From contig CAXXKA010000008.1 of assembly GCA_963668625.2 (NCBI GenBank), forward strand, positions 800,001-864,000: a stretch of DNA of 64,000 nucleotides, in the 5' to 3' direction. A program made the position numbers and the translations under genes. Shown piece after piece: positions 52,974 through 62,223 of the stretch. Below the pieces are notes generated by a model, which was given only the letters and a program-made list of their open reading frames with translations, did not search any database and was not told where the DNA came from. Every line of letters starts with the position of its first letter. Position 1 is the stretch's first letter. Source of the DNA: an uncultured candidate division Zixibacteria bacterium. Lineage in GTDB: Bacteria; Zixibacteria; MSB-5A5; UBA10806; 4484-95.

Positions 52974-53285
52974 CTAATACTTAGAACATTCAACGACTGA
53001 AATCAGGGTAAAGATAAACTTTGCCTCTATTAAATCAATTACTAATTTCAGGATTTTCAGGATCAGATTTCCAGCTATCGGGATTATTAACACTATACTT
53101 TCTTGCCCTATTTTATTCCTCGTCATTTCTGATAATGTGTTCATAATAGTTACGCTGGCCTCGGTTTCTGAGACCCCTTTATTATCGAGCTTTAGTACAG
53201 CCAGATTATCATGGGCAAACGAGTACGCAGGCGTTATCAATAGCATTATTATTGGCAAAAATAAGATTATGAAAGTATTTATCAT
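52974..53285 (-). pseudogene. Probable remnant of an exported CsgG-like protein
   Basis: Signal peptide then LAVLKLDNKGVSETEASV; remainder unconvincing. Confidence 0.35.
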
Positions 53286-53470
53286 CTGTTTCCCCTCACA
53301 ACACAGGCTATATGTCTATGCTGCTACTAATAAATATAATAAAAAAGTTGCCATAAAATCCAAGCCTTAATAACCATATTAATGCTTTTCTGGTATCAAA
53401 TGACTAAATTACCACTCCACCTACTAAAAAACCTCTACCATCTCCCCAACATTAAACATACATTACCACC

Positions 53471-54457
53471 ATGTATGAATCCGCTAAAATTCTGATAACC
53501 GGCGCCAGCGGGCAGCTTGGCAGACGGCTTATACGAACAATGCTGGCTCGAGGTTATGATAACCTTCGCGGCCATTATCGCTCAGTGGCGAAAGCCGATA
53601 AATACTGCCCGGCGGGAGTAGAGCGAGTCTATGGCGATATAACCGAGAGAGACTGGCTGGCGGAGGCCGTTGAAGGCTGCGAGGCGGTTATCCATTGCGC
53701 CGCCTGGGTTAGTGTCCGGCCGTTAAAAGATGACAAAGCCCGTTATATGTATCAGGTCAATGTCGAGGGTACTCGTAACGTAATCGAGGCCTGCCGCGAG
53801 GCCGGTGTAAAACGATTGCTACATGTCTCCTCTATTGCAGGATTGGGCGCCTCAATAAACGACGCGCCTGTCGATGAGACCGCGTCATTCAATCTCGGCG
53901 ATTTCGGCTATCCCTATTTTACCACCAAGCAAGAATCGGATGTATTAGCTCTCGAGGCAAACAGTGATAAGCTGGAAACGATCGTGGTTAATCCCTCTAT
54001 AATGATCTCGCCGCCGGATCGGCCGGTAACCGAAAAGGACCTGAAAAAAATCCCCAAGCGGATCTGGGCTTATTTCGATTTCGGATTGAACCTGGTGGAA
54101 ACTGAGGATGTCATAGACGGTATGATAAAGGCACTGGAAAAGGGCCGGCCCGGCCAGAGGTACCTTCTAACGGGTGAGAACATAAACCCCGATAAGCTAT
54201 TCGCTCTGGGTGAAAAATATTTCGGTATCAAAAAACCCCCGATAAAAATACCTTTACCGGTATTATCGTGCGTAGGTTTTCTGGCTGAGATAATGTATTT
54301 GTTCAAAGGCAAGAAACCCAAACTCAACCGCAGGATCGGCAGTCTGGCAAAGCTAAAATTTTACTACACATACGATAAGGCCGCACGCGAATTCGGATAC
54401 GAACCGAAGCCCCTGGAACGGACTATCGAAAATATCCTAGCAGGCATAAAACGCTGA
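53471..54457 (+). CDS. NAD-dependent epimerase/dehydratase family
   Basis: ITGASGQLG, HVSS, YFTTK. Confidence 0.92.
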   Translation: MYESAKILITGASGQLGRRLIRTMLARGYDNLRGHYRSVAKADKYCPAGVERVYGDITERDWLAEAVEGCEAVIHCAAWVSVRPLKDDKARYMYQVNVEGTRNVIEACREAGVKRLLHVSSIAGLGASINDAPVDETASFNLGDFGYPYFTTKQESDVLALEANSDKLETIVVNPSIMISPPDRPVTEKDLKKIPKRIWAYFDFGLNLVETEDVIDGMIKALEKGRPGQRYLLTGENINPDKLFALGEKYFGIKKPPIKIPLPVLSCVGFLAEIMYLFKGKKPKLNRRIGSLAKLKFYYTYDKAAREFGYEPKPLERTIENILAGIKR

Positions 54458-54615
54458 GACTTTACGAAACTATTATAATTACCGGATAGTTATAGCTATT
54501 TAATCATTTAAAGCCGCTTGCTTTAGCCTGTCATAGGGGATATCTTCACCTTAACAGGCTACTTAGCCGTTAATAATAAATTAAAATTTTGGTTTTAGAT
54601 GATAGGTTTTTAAGA

Positions 54616-55596
54616 ATGACTAAAAACAGCCAAGTAATTCGCAATTTTTTACGTAAACACTACAAGCATTTCAACGCAGCAGTCGTAATCGATGCCGCTC
54701 AGGCCTGGGTGGACTATTTAAACCGGGGCAACAGGATGTTTTTGACGATGGCCGGAGCAATGAGCACCGCCGAACTCGGTATTTCCTTAGCCGAGATGAT
54801 CCGTCAGGATAAAATACACGGTATCTGCTGTACCGGGGCTAATCTCGAAGAGGATATTTTCAACCTCGTGGCTCACGATCATTACGAACGTGTCCCCCAT
54901 TATCGCACATTATCGGCGCAGGATGAGCAGAGCCTTCTGGATAACCACCTGAACCGCGTTACGGACACCTGTATTCCGGAGGAGGAGGCAATGCGCCGTA
55001 TCGAGCGAAAAGTGTTGAAATTCTGGCAGCAAGCAGACAAAGCCGGCGAGAGTTATTTCCCTTATCAATACATGTACCAGTTGATTAAAAGCGGGCAGTT
55101 GGAGGAATTCTACCAGATCGACCCGAAAAACTCCTGGGTAATTGCCGCCTGCGAGAAAAATATCCCTATATATACCCCAGGTTGGGAGGACTCCACGCTC
55201 GGCAATATTTTCGTAGCGAATGTCATAAAAAAGCAATTGTCATCATTCAGGGTAGTTAAAACCGGCCTGGAGCAGATGGAAAAACTCATTGGTTGGTACA
55301 AGGAAAACACTGAGGACGGCTCAGTCGGTTTTTTCCAGATTGGCGGCGGTATAGCCGGTGATTTCGCTATCTGCCTGGTACCGTTAATCCAGCAGGATTT
55401 GAAACAGGACTGTAAACTCTGGGGATATTTCTGTCAAATATCCGACAGCACCACCTCCTACGGCTCTTACAGTGGCGCGGTCCCCAACGAGAAAATAACC
55501 TGGGGGAAGTTAAGCGCGGATACTCCCAAGTTCATAATCGAATCGGATGCCTCAATAGTCGCTCCCCTGGTTTTTGAATACGTTTTGGAAAGCTGA
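54616..55596 (+). CDS. Deoxyhypusine synthase-like protein
   Basis: AGAMSTAELG, TGANLEED, GGGIAGDF, SGAVPNEKITWGK. Confidence 0.9.
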   Translation: MTKNSQVIRNFLRKHYKHFNAAVVIDAAQAWVDYLNRGNRMFLTMAGAMSTAELGISLAEMIRQDKIHGICCTGANLEEDIFNLVAHDHYERVPHYRTLSAQDEQSLLDNHLNRVTDTCIPEEEAMRRIERKVLKFWQQADKAGESYFPYQYMYQLIKSGQLEEFYQIDPKNSWVIAACEKNIPIYTPGWEDSTLGNIFVANVIKKQLSSFRVVKTGLEQMEKLIGWYKENTEDGSVGFFQIGGGIAGDFAICLVPLIQQDLKQDCKLWGYFCQISDSTTSYGSYSGAVPNEKITWGKLSADTPKFIIESDASIVAPLVFEYVLES

Positions 55597-55650
55597 GATA
55601 AATAGCATTTGAATAAAAATCATTTTAAGTCAAACTAAAGGGATTTAACG

Positions 55651-56985
55651 ATGAGCGACGATACCCCCAAAAACAACCGTCAGGAGCCGGGTAAATTCTT
55701 CCGAGATGCCGGCAAGATTCCCAGCCATTTGAAAGCCTCCACTTTCGATAATGCACTCAGGCAATTCGATCAATCGGCGAAAATACTCAAGCTTTCGGAT
55801 AATCAGATAGCCGTGATAAAACAACCGCGAAAGATTATCGAGGCACAATTACCGGTTCGCATGGATGACGGTCATATCGCGGTTTTCAGGGCTTTCCGGG
55901 TTCAACACAATATCTCGCGAGGCCCGGCAAAAGGGGGAGTACGTTTTCATCAAAACGTAAACCTGGATGAAGTTAAAGCGCTGGCGTTCTGGATGACGTT
56001 CAAATGCGCCGTCGTCGGCATCCCGATGGGCGGCGCCAAAGGCGGCGTGGTGGTGGACCCCCGCCTTCTGAGCGAGGGCGAATTGGAGCGGCTGGCCAGA
56101 CGGTATTTCGCCGAGTTGAGCGCCTCATTCGGTCCTGACAGGGATATTCCCGCTCCCGATGTCAACACCAATCCGCAGGTGATGGCCTGGTTTATGGATA
56201 CTTATTCGATGAATCGGCGTAGCCACATCCCGGCGGTCGTTACGGGTAAGCCGTTGGAAATAGGCGGTTCGTTAGGACGGGAAACAGCTACCGCCCAGGG
56301 CATGGTCTACTGTGTCAGCCAGGCAGCCGAACATTTCGGTTGGGATTTGAGCTCGACCAGTGTAGCAATCCAGGGTTTCGGTAATGCCGGCTCGTTTGCC
56401 GCGAAATTGTTACATCAGGCAGGCTGCAAAATAAAGGCCATCTCGGATGTCGACGGCGCTTATTTCAACGATCATGGTATCGACCCGGATGATGCCATCG
56501 ATTACGTGCGCCGTAATAAAACCCTGAAAGACTACGAAAAACATTCGGATGCCGAACGCATGGACAATGCGATGGAGCTTCTAGAATTGCCCGTGGATGT
56601 TTTAATACCGGCGGCGTTGGAAAACCAGATAACCGAGGAGAACGCACCGCGAGTGAAAGCGAAATTGATCGCGGAATGCGCCAATGGCCCGTGTACACCC
56701 GAGGCGGATGATATCCTTAAGGATAAAGGCGTATTCATCATACCCGATATTTTATGCAACGCCGGCGGGGTGACAGTCTCGTATCTGGAATGGGTACAGA
56801 ACCGCATGGGTTATTACTGGAAACTGGAACGCGTGCAAGAGGACCTCAAAGAGATCATGAATAAAAGTTTTCAGGCGGTTCTCGAAACATCGCTGGAATA
56901 CGAAGCGCCGATGAGAATAGCGGCCTTTATCGTAGCTATTCAACGAGTAGTTAAAGCCTCCGAGTTAAGAGGCCTGTACGCTTGA
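55651..56985 (+). CDS. gdhA: Glu/Leu/Phe/Val dehydrogenase (glutamate dehydrogenase)
   Basis: GPAKGGVRF, GGAKGG, PAPDVNT, QGFGNAG, NAGGVTVSYLEW. Confidence 0.93.
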   Translation: MSDDTPKNNRQEPGKFFRDAGKIPSHLKASTFDNALRQFDQSAKILKLSDNQIAVIKQPRKIIEAQLPVRMDDGHIAVFRAFRVQHNISRGPAKGGVRFHQNVNLDEVKALAFWMTFKCAVVGIPMGGAKGGVVVDPRLLSEGELERLARRYFAELSASFGPDRDIPAPDVNTNPQVMAWFMDTYSMNRRSHIPAVVTGKPLEIGGSLGRETATAQGMVYCVSQAAEHFGWDLSSTSVAIQGFGNAGSFAAKLLHQAGCKIKAISDVDGAYFNDHGIDPDDAIDYVRRNKTLKDYEKHSDAERMDNAMELLELPVDVLIPAALENQITEENAPRVKAKLIAECANGPCTPEADDILKDKGVFIIPDILCNAGGVTVSYLEWVQNRMGYYWKLERVQEDLKEIMNKSFQAVLETSLEYEAPMRIAAFIVAIQRVVKASELRGLYA

Positions 56986-57012
56986 TTCATTAGCTAGTCG
57001 ATTAAAATTATT

Positions 57013-57044
57013 AAGCCGGGCTGATTGATTTTAGCCCGGCTTTT
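57013..57044 (+). terminator. Rho-independent terminator
   Basis: AAGCCGGGCT...AGCCCGGCTTTT. Confidence 0.7.
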
Positions 57045-57171
57045 CTATTTCAGGAAATGATATACCGACTTATAAGGTTCGTATTCGCTACATTTTAGAA
57101 ATACGAACCAAGTGCCGAAACATTCTTATCCAGGACAAGATTATCCTGATCGATTTGGAATAATCATCAAA

Positions 57172-57522
57172 TTATTTTTTCGACCACAGCCCCAGTTGAT
57201 TACCCTCCAGATCAGTGACTACGCCCATATAACCATATTCGGGTGATATCTGGGTTTTCTCTTTTACGATAGCACCACCTATACCTTTGACTTTTTCGAG
57301 TGTAGCCGAGACATCCTCAACCTCGATATAGAATAAGATTCCGGGTTTTTCGGATAATTCGTAACTCTGATCGAATCCACCACCTATACCATCAGGGGCG
57401 GTGAATAGCATATAGTTCCACTCCTTCATCAAATCGAATTTCCAATCAAATAACTCGCCATAAAACTTTTTCGCTTTTTCAAAATCTTTCGAGGGTATTT
57501 CCATATGACAGATACCATTCAT
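57172..57522 (-). CDS. VOC/glyoxalase family protein
   Basis: HMEIP...FYGELFDW...DLEGNQLGLW. Confidence 0.9.
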   Translation of the reverse strand: MNGICHMEIPSKDFEKAKKFYGELFDWKFDLMKEWNYMLFTAPDGIGGGFDQSYELSEKPGILFYIEVEDVSATLEKVKGIGGAIVKEKTQISPEYGYMGVVTDLEGNQLGLWSKK

Positions 57523-57559
57523 AATTACTCCTATGATAAAAGTCTACTCCAAATTTCAG

Positions 57560-58573
57560 TTATCTGTTTGCTAACACAAAGTTAGGGAAATCTTCAAACA
57601 CCCAATTATTTTTCAAGGTGTCATAGATTATTCCCAGTAATTTTCTGGCTGTGGCAATGATAGCCTTACCGCTGCCACGACGGTTTTTTATACGATTGTA
57701 ATATTTACTCAAGTAATGGTTATATCGTATGGCAACAAGCGTACACTGCACCAGTGTAGTCCGACCAATCTTAGAACCACGCTTGGTAATCCGACCATGA
57801 TGCTGAATCTCGTTTGAATTGGAAACTCGCGGCACTACGCCAAAATATGAGGCCAATTTATCTTTGTCCGAAAAATCAGCAACATCACCAATTACCGAAA
57901 GCAACACTGTAGCTGATTTGCTGCCGATTCCTTTGATGCTGGTCAGGTTCTTATGCCCGTTCAACTTGCGACCCTGATCCTCTATCTGTTTGTCCAGCTT
58001 TTTTATCCCCTCATTCAAACTGCGAATCTGATCAACCAATACCTCAAGCTCAACAGAAACAACCTCATCAAAATTCATCTTTAGAACCCGCTCCAAACTC
58101 TTGTTGCTGGAGTAGGCCTCCTTTTTACTCTTGATACCATGATGATTGAGTATGTTGTGTATTTTATTCTTCAAAGCTGTACGTAACTTGACCAGCTTGT
58201 CCCGTGTCCCAACAAGTGAACTGATCTGCGCTTTATCTTTCGTCTTTAATCGGGCTTTCGGCAACATGTCTTTGCTCATAAAATAGGCTAAGTTCCTGGC
58301 ATCGTTTTCATCCGTCTTACTGACTGATGATTTGATTATCTCAAATTTGTTCGGATCGACGACAACAACTCGCTTGACCAAATGCGATATCTCATCAACG
58401 AAATAACGAGTGTTGCCAGTGGCCTCAACCGCTACACAATCCGTCTTTTTTAATCCTCGTTTAAATTCCTTTAGATCCTTTAGCCGATACTCCTTGATCC
58501 TCTCCCGACCACCGGCTGTCAGGCAACACACGGTCAAACTGTTTGTGTGAAGGTCTACTCCTAAGTACCTCAT
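57560..58573 (-). CDS. IS110 DEDD recombinase/transposase
   Basis: YLGVDLH, VEATG, KTDENDA; SIKGIG, YFGVVPRVSNS, AIIATARKL; SD GGAG before ATG 58573. Confidence 0.95.
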   Translation of the reverse strand: MRYLGVDLHTNSLTVCCLTAGGRERIKEYRLKDLKEFKRGLKKTDCVAVEATGNTRYFVDEISHLVKRVVVVDPNKFEIIKSSVSKTDENDARNLAYFMSKDMLPKARLKTKDKAQISSLVGTRDKLVKLRTALKNKIHNILNHHGIKSKKEAYSSNKSLERVLKMNFDEVVSVELEVLVDQIRSLNEGIKKLDKQIEDQGRKLNGHKNLTSIKGIGSKSATVLLSVIGDVADFSDKDKLASYFGVVPRVSNSNEIQHHGRITKRGSKIGRTTLVQCTLVAIRYNHYLSKYYNRIKNRRGSGKAIIATARKLLGIIYDTLKNNWVFEDFPNFVLANR

Positions 58574-58594
58574 CTTCTTGCTCCATTCTATGGT

Positions 58595-58795
58595 TATCAC
58601 TGGAGCAGACTCTCTGTCGGCGCCTACCAAACTCCTATTCAAGGTCTTTGCCTTATGGTGGCAATTCGGTTACAGGTCTGATTAATCTCCTTTACGAGGT
58701 CTGGCCTCAAGCATTCAGTTCAGCCTATAACCTATCCGCTCCAGTTAGAAATTCATTACCGAAGCTCTAACACCAACAGAATAGATTAGCAAGAT
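58595..58795 (-). ncRNA. Putative bridge/seek RNA of the IS110 element
   Basis: Closing stem CTGGAGCGGA/TCTGCTCCAG enclosing two similar stem-loops containing AAAGGAG (target) and ATAGGAG (donor junction). Confidence 0.7.
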
Positions 58796-58959
58796 GCTTT
58801 TATCGTACCATCTCCTTTTCTGAAATTGTTGGTATTAAATTGCCGATCTTAAAATATAAAAATAACCGTATCAGGCAACATGTTTCTGACATCGATATCG
58901 TAAAGTATAATTTTCTTGAATACTTTTTCGGCTTATGGTAGTTATAATATATACAACGC

Positions 58960-59105
58960 GGATATCACATCACCGGCTATTAGTATTTACCCTCATATTT
59001 CTTTTGCTCGAACGGAATAATTACGAAAACCGGTCAGCGCTACGTAAACCGTATGAAGAGGGGACGCTTCACGACGAGGAGGTGAATACCTGATTGAGGC
59101 GATAA
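58960..59105 (+). ncRNA. Possible rod-shaped structured RNA or 5' leader
   Basis: Nested pairings GTATTTACC/GGTGAATAC, CTC/GAG, TTCTTT/AAGAGG, ACGG/CCGT, TTACG/CGTAA; TATAAT at 58943. Confidence 0.35.
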
Positions 59106-59133
59106 CTTATTAAACTTTTATCAAGGAGGTATC

Positions 59134-59538
59134 ATGAAAATCGTAGGGTACATGGAAGGCACAAATTCCGAGGTGTTAACCAATCTGTTTTTGGAGGGAA
59201 TAGAAACACTGCCGCTTTCCAATAGTTGGGATAATCACGGGAAATTTATCGCACATATAATGAAAAACGATGATATCAATCTGGTAGTGGGATATCTTCA
59301 CAAGTTCATCCCTCACGCCAAACAGTTCGATATCGGCGATCTGTTCTCATCGATCCGCGTTTATAGAATCCCGGTCGTCATTATTGTCCCGAAGAAACTT
59401 CAGGACAAAGCGAAAAAGAGAGTACCGAAGGGTATTAAATACACATTCGCCGATCCGGATGAGATAACAGATGTTATTCTTGGCGTATTAAAGCCTAAAA
59501 AGAAAAAAGCTAAAAAATCAGCGAAAAAGAGAAAGTAA
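59134..59538 (+). CDS. Hypothetical alpha/beta protein with Lys-rich tail
   Basis: Strong SD AAGGAGGT; tail KPKKKKAKKSAKKRK; terminator 59560-59585. Confidence 0.75.
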   Translation: MKIVGYMEGTNSEVLTNLFLEGIETLPLSNSWDNHGKFIAHIMKNDDINLVVGYLHKFIPHAKQFDIGDLFSSIRVYRIPVVIIVPKKLQDKAKKRVPKGIKYTFADPDEITDVILGVLKPKKKKAKKSAKKRK

Positions 59539-59802
59539 GATAATCATCCGATTTAACTTAAGCCCTCATTTTTGGGGGCTTTTTTATTGATGGGGTATAG
59601 TCCAGACTGTATAGGGACTATCCCATACTTTAAGCCGGTACGGACTCAGGGCATCAACCCAAACAGCCTCACGTTGAAACATTTATCCTATTTCACAATA
59701 ACGAGTTATACGTGTTTTTGAAACAATAACACTGTCTCTACATTTAAAGGCATAACCTTTGTTCCTCTTTTGTTCAAAACGTAATCAGAAAGGGAGGATA
59801 CA

Positions 59803-60027
59803 ATGAAAATGAAATTCACACTTACAATGGAAGATTTACTGGTTGATGAGGCTGAAATCGATAACATGGTAATTGACTGGGTCGAGGATGTCAGCCAGGC
59901 GGAGGTTTTGGAAATGTCTCATCAATGGATAACCTCGAAGAATTTCCTTACCGAACGCATGACTGGTTTGCGCAAAGTCGGCGAATCATCACTGACAATC
60001 GAACCTGTAGAGGAGAATGCGGCCTGA
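59803..60027 (+). CDS. Small acidic hypothetical protein
   Basis: SD GGGAGG; TGATG overlap with next gene. Confidence 0.7.
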   Translation: MKMKFTLTMEDLLVDEAEIDNMVIDWVEDVSQAEVLEMSHQWITSKNFLTERMTGLRKVGESSLTIEPVEENAA

Positions 60028-60353
60028 TGGAAAGATTCAAGTGGTTGCTCGAGGAAATCCTGACACAGTTCCAGGCTATTGAGGATAGTTTGAGCGCTGT
60101 GTTTGCCAAGATACCCGGTATCGGCTCGTTTGCCGGCGATCACAGTAATATCATTCTGATGGCGATAATGGCGCTGATAACGGTTGCGGTTATCAAACCG
60201 CTCGTAAAATGGTCAATAATGATAGTCTCCGGCGGGACGGTGCTGGCGATGGCTATCTCGTATTTCTCCGGTATAACATTCTGGGGAGTACTGCCGCTGA
60301 CGGCTCTGGGTGTGAGTATTGTTCTGTTCTCGAATAAATTTACTATGGGGTGA
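60027..60353 (+). CDS. Small hypothetical membrane protein
   Basis: Start coupled to upstream stop (MERFKW...); about 3 hydrophobic segments. Confidence 0.7.
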   Translation: MERFKWLLEEILTQFQAIEDSLSAVFAKIPGIGSFAGDHSNIILMAIMALITVAVIKPLVKWSIMIVSGGTVLAMAISYFSGITFWGVLPLTALGVSIVLFSNKFTMG

Positions 60354-60357
60354 TAAT

Positions 60358-60516
60358 ATGTACGAAAGAAAGAGAAGTAAAGTATGTCCGTTCTGTCAAT
60401 CAAAAATCAAGCGTGTGGACGGCACTTTTAAATGTGGCAATTGCGGGGCCGTAATAAAACCCGAGGTACTGGATACGAAATCGTTAAACAGCCATTTCTT
60501 TAATGGCCAAAGGTAA
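60358..60516 (+). CDS. Small zinc-ribbon protein
   Basis: CPFC...CGNC; SD GGGGTGA. Confidence 0.6.
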   Translation: MYERKRSKVCPFCQSKIKRVDGTFKCGNCGAVIKPEVLDTKSLNSHFFNGQR

Positions 60517-60519
60517 TCC

Positions 60520-60708
60520 ATGAAAGAGAAAATAATCAAGTGCACGAACTGCGGCACAACTACCAGCCGTGAGCATTTATTGCCTCTTTGCGGAGCTTGC
60601 TTCGAGGGGCTGGAGGATTACGAGGCGTTTTTGGAGAAATCGCTTGATGACGTGGAAATTGCCATTTATAAAAAACCGGTCAAGGTCGACTCGTTCCTTC
60701 AGACTTAA
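60520..60708 (+). CDS. Small zinc-finger protein
   Basis: CTNC...CGAC; 3 nt after previous stop. Confidence 0.6.
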   Translation: MKEKIIKCTNCGTTTSREHLLPLCGACFEGLEDYEAFLEKSLDDVEIAIYKKPVKVDSFLQT

Positions 60709-61700
60709 AGTTCGAGTTTGTTGCGAAGTCTTTCGGCAACGGTATCTATTCGAGTCGACTCGATTCGTTTCTTAGCCCGATCGTGACCGGTAAAACCAGC
60801 ATGGTAATCGGCCATTAAACGTTTGGTAAACTCTCCGCTCCTGATCTCGCTAACCAAGTTATCCATAGACCGTTTCGCCTGATCGTTTATTATAAGCGGT
60901 TCGGCTTGCAATCCCCCCACCGCTGCGGTTACGCTAATTTTATCGTACATTCCGGCTATGCCATATTTCTTTATCAAATCAACTATCAAGTCTATCTGGA
61001 AGACACATTCGAGATAGGCGTTTTCCGGCGGCAATCCGGCTTTCACTAACGTCTCGTAACCGGCCTTCAACAGGGCGCTCAAGCCGCCGCATAGCACGGC
61101 CTGTTCGCCGAATATATCACCGATAGCCTCGGCCTCGAATGATGTCTCTATCAAACCGGCGCGCCCGCAGCCAACCGCCCCGGCATAGGCGGCGGCCAGG
61201 TGAAGGCTTTCCGGGGATGACTTATCGGTCTTGCCGATAAAGGCGGTTACTCCCTCGCCCTGTATGAAACGTTCCCTCATCCTGATACCAGGGCTATGAG
61301 GCGCAACCAATACGAAATCCGTAGAATCAGGCTGAACGACAAGTTTAAAATGAACAGACATGGCATGAGCGAATACGAATGTTTTATTATTGAGCGAGAT
61401 ATCTTTTAGGCCATATTCGAAAAGCTCCTGATGTTTATGATCGGGCGCCAAAACCGCTATAATATCAGATTCGGTCACTGCCCCGGCGGGAGTGGTAACC
61501 CTAAAATCCTCTTCGATTACGATATTTTCCGATTTACTTCCCGGTAAAAGGCCGATAATCGGCTCGTATCCCGAATCGCGTAGATTGAGGGCCTGGGCTT
61601 TCCCCTGCGAGCCAAAACCTATTACGGCAAATTTCTTACTATCGAGTACAGTTTTATCGATATCACTGTCACGCCATACTTTCAGATCATCATTTGACAT
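60705..61700 (-). CDS. ilvC: Ketol-acid reductoisomerase
   Basis: IGFGSQGKAQALNLRDSG, DIFGEQAVLCGG, AYLEC. Confidence 0.93.
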   Translation of the reverse strand: MSNDDLKVWRDSDIDKTVLDSKKFAVIGFGSQGKAQALNLRDSGYEPIIGLLPGSKSENIVIEEDFRVTTPAGAVTESDIIAVLAPDHKHQELFEYGLKDISLNNKTFVFAHAMSVHFKLVVQPDSTDFVLVAPHSPGIRMRERFIQGEGVTAFIGKTDKSSPESLHLAAAYAGAVGCGRAGLIETSFEAEAIGDIFGEQAVLCGGLSALLKAGYETLVKAGLPPENAYLECVFQIDLIVDLIKKYGIAGMYDKISVTAAVGGLQAEPLIINDQAKRSMDNLVSEIRSGEFTKRLMADYHAGFTGHDRAKKRIESTRIDTVAERLRNKLEL

Positions 61701-61740
61701 GGTTATAGGATAAAGGCTGGGAAATCGTAAGTCAACAAAC

Positions 61741-61831
61741 AAACTGCCCCTGCCACAGTGCCGGCAGCTTTTATCCAACCGACTTAAGCCGTCAGGATAA
61801 AAGCCACCAATCCTGCGGCTGGCGGCAGTTT
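61741..61831. repeat. 91-nt imperfect GC-rich palindrome
   Basis: AAACTGCC/GGCAGTTT, GCTTTTATCC/GGATAAAAGC, GAC/GTC nested. Confidence 0.6.
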
Positions 61832-62169
61832 ACATAATAAACAAATTATATGCAGAACATTAATGTAATGTTTTTTAAAACATTATTGGAAAATGTTAAT
61901 CCGATTTCACTAATATTTTGGAAATCCCAATATATTGTGAATCCAACTTATTGGGACGTGAGTGGTTTGATAGTTTGTTTACCGATTATTATTATATTAC
62001 AGCATAATAAGTTAACGGAATCGGAAAATTGAAAATTTACAATATATTAATCATTCCTAAAATATTAGGAGTATTACATTAAGCATAATATATATATACT
62101 GACAATATCTTAAGTCGTAACCTGTAGCAATGTAAGGGTTTGCTTATTTATTGGCTAGTATTTTTGATT

Positions 62170-62184
62170 TGGCATGGTAGTTGC
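62170..62184 (+). promoter_or_regulatory. Sigma-54-type promoter
   Basis: TGGCAT-GGTAG-TTGC (GG-N10-GC) after an AT-rich region. Confidence 0.55.
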
Positions 62185-62223
62185 TTTATTCTTAAGCATA
62201 TGAATAAACAAAAGGCGGAAAGA

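Larger units (their letters stand above)
57528..58815 (-). mobile_element. IS110-family element with IS1111-like subterminal IRs, inserted in the VOC gene SD
   Basis: IRs TATGATAAAAG (57532-57542) / CTTTTATCGTA (58797-58807); CTCC on both flanks (57528-57531, 58812-58815). Confidence 0.85.

Noticed and set aside
35227-55596. KamA-like and deoxyhypusine-synthase-like genes as one EF-P modification system
   Set aside because: They are 17 kb apart with no efp or epmA in the window
57552-58827. AATTTCAG / CTGAAATT as alternative IS110 ends
   Set aside because: Only 8 bp; the CTCC-bounded ends better explain the IRs, junction promoter, guide matches and restored SD
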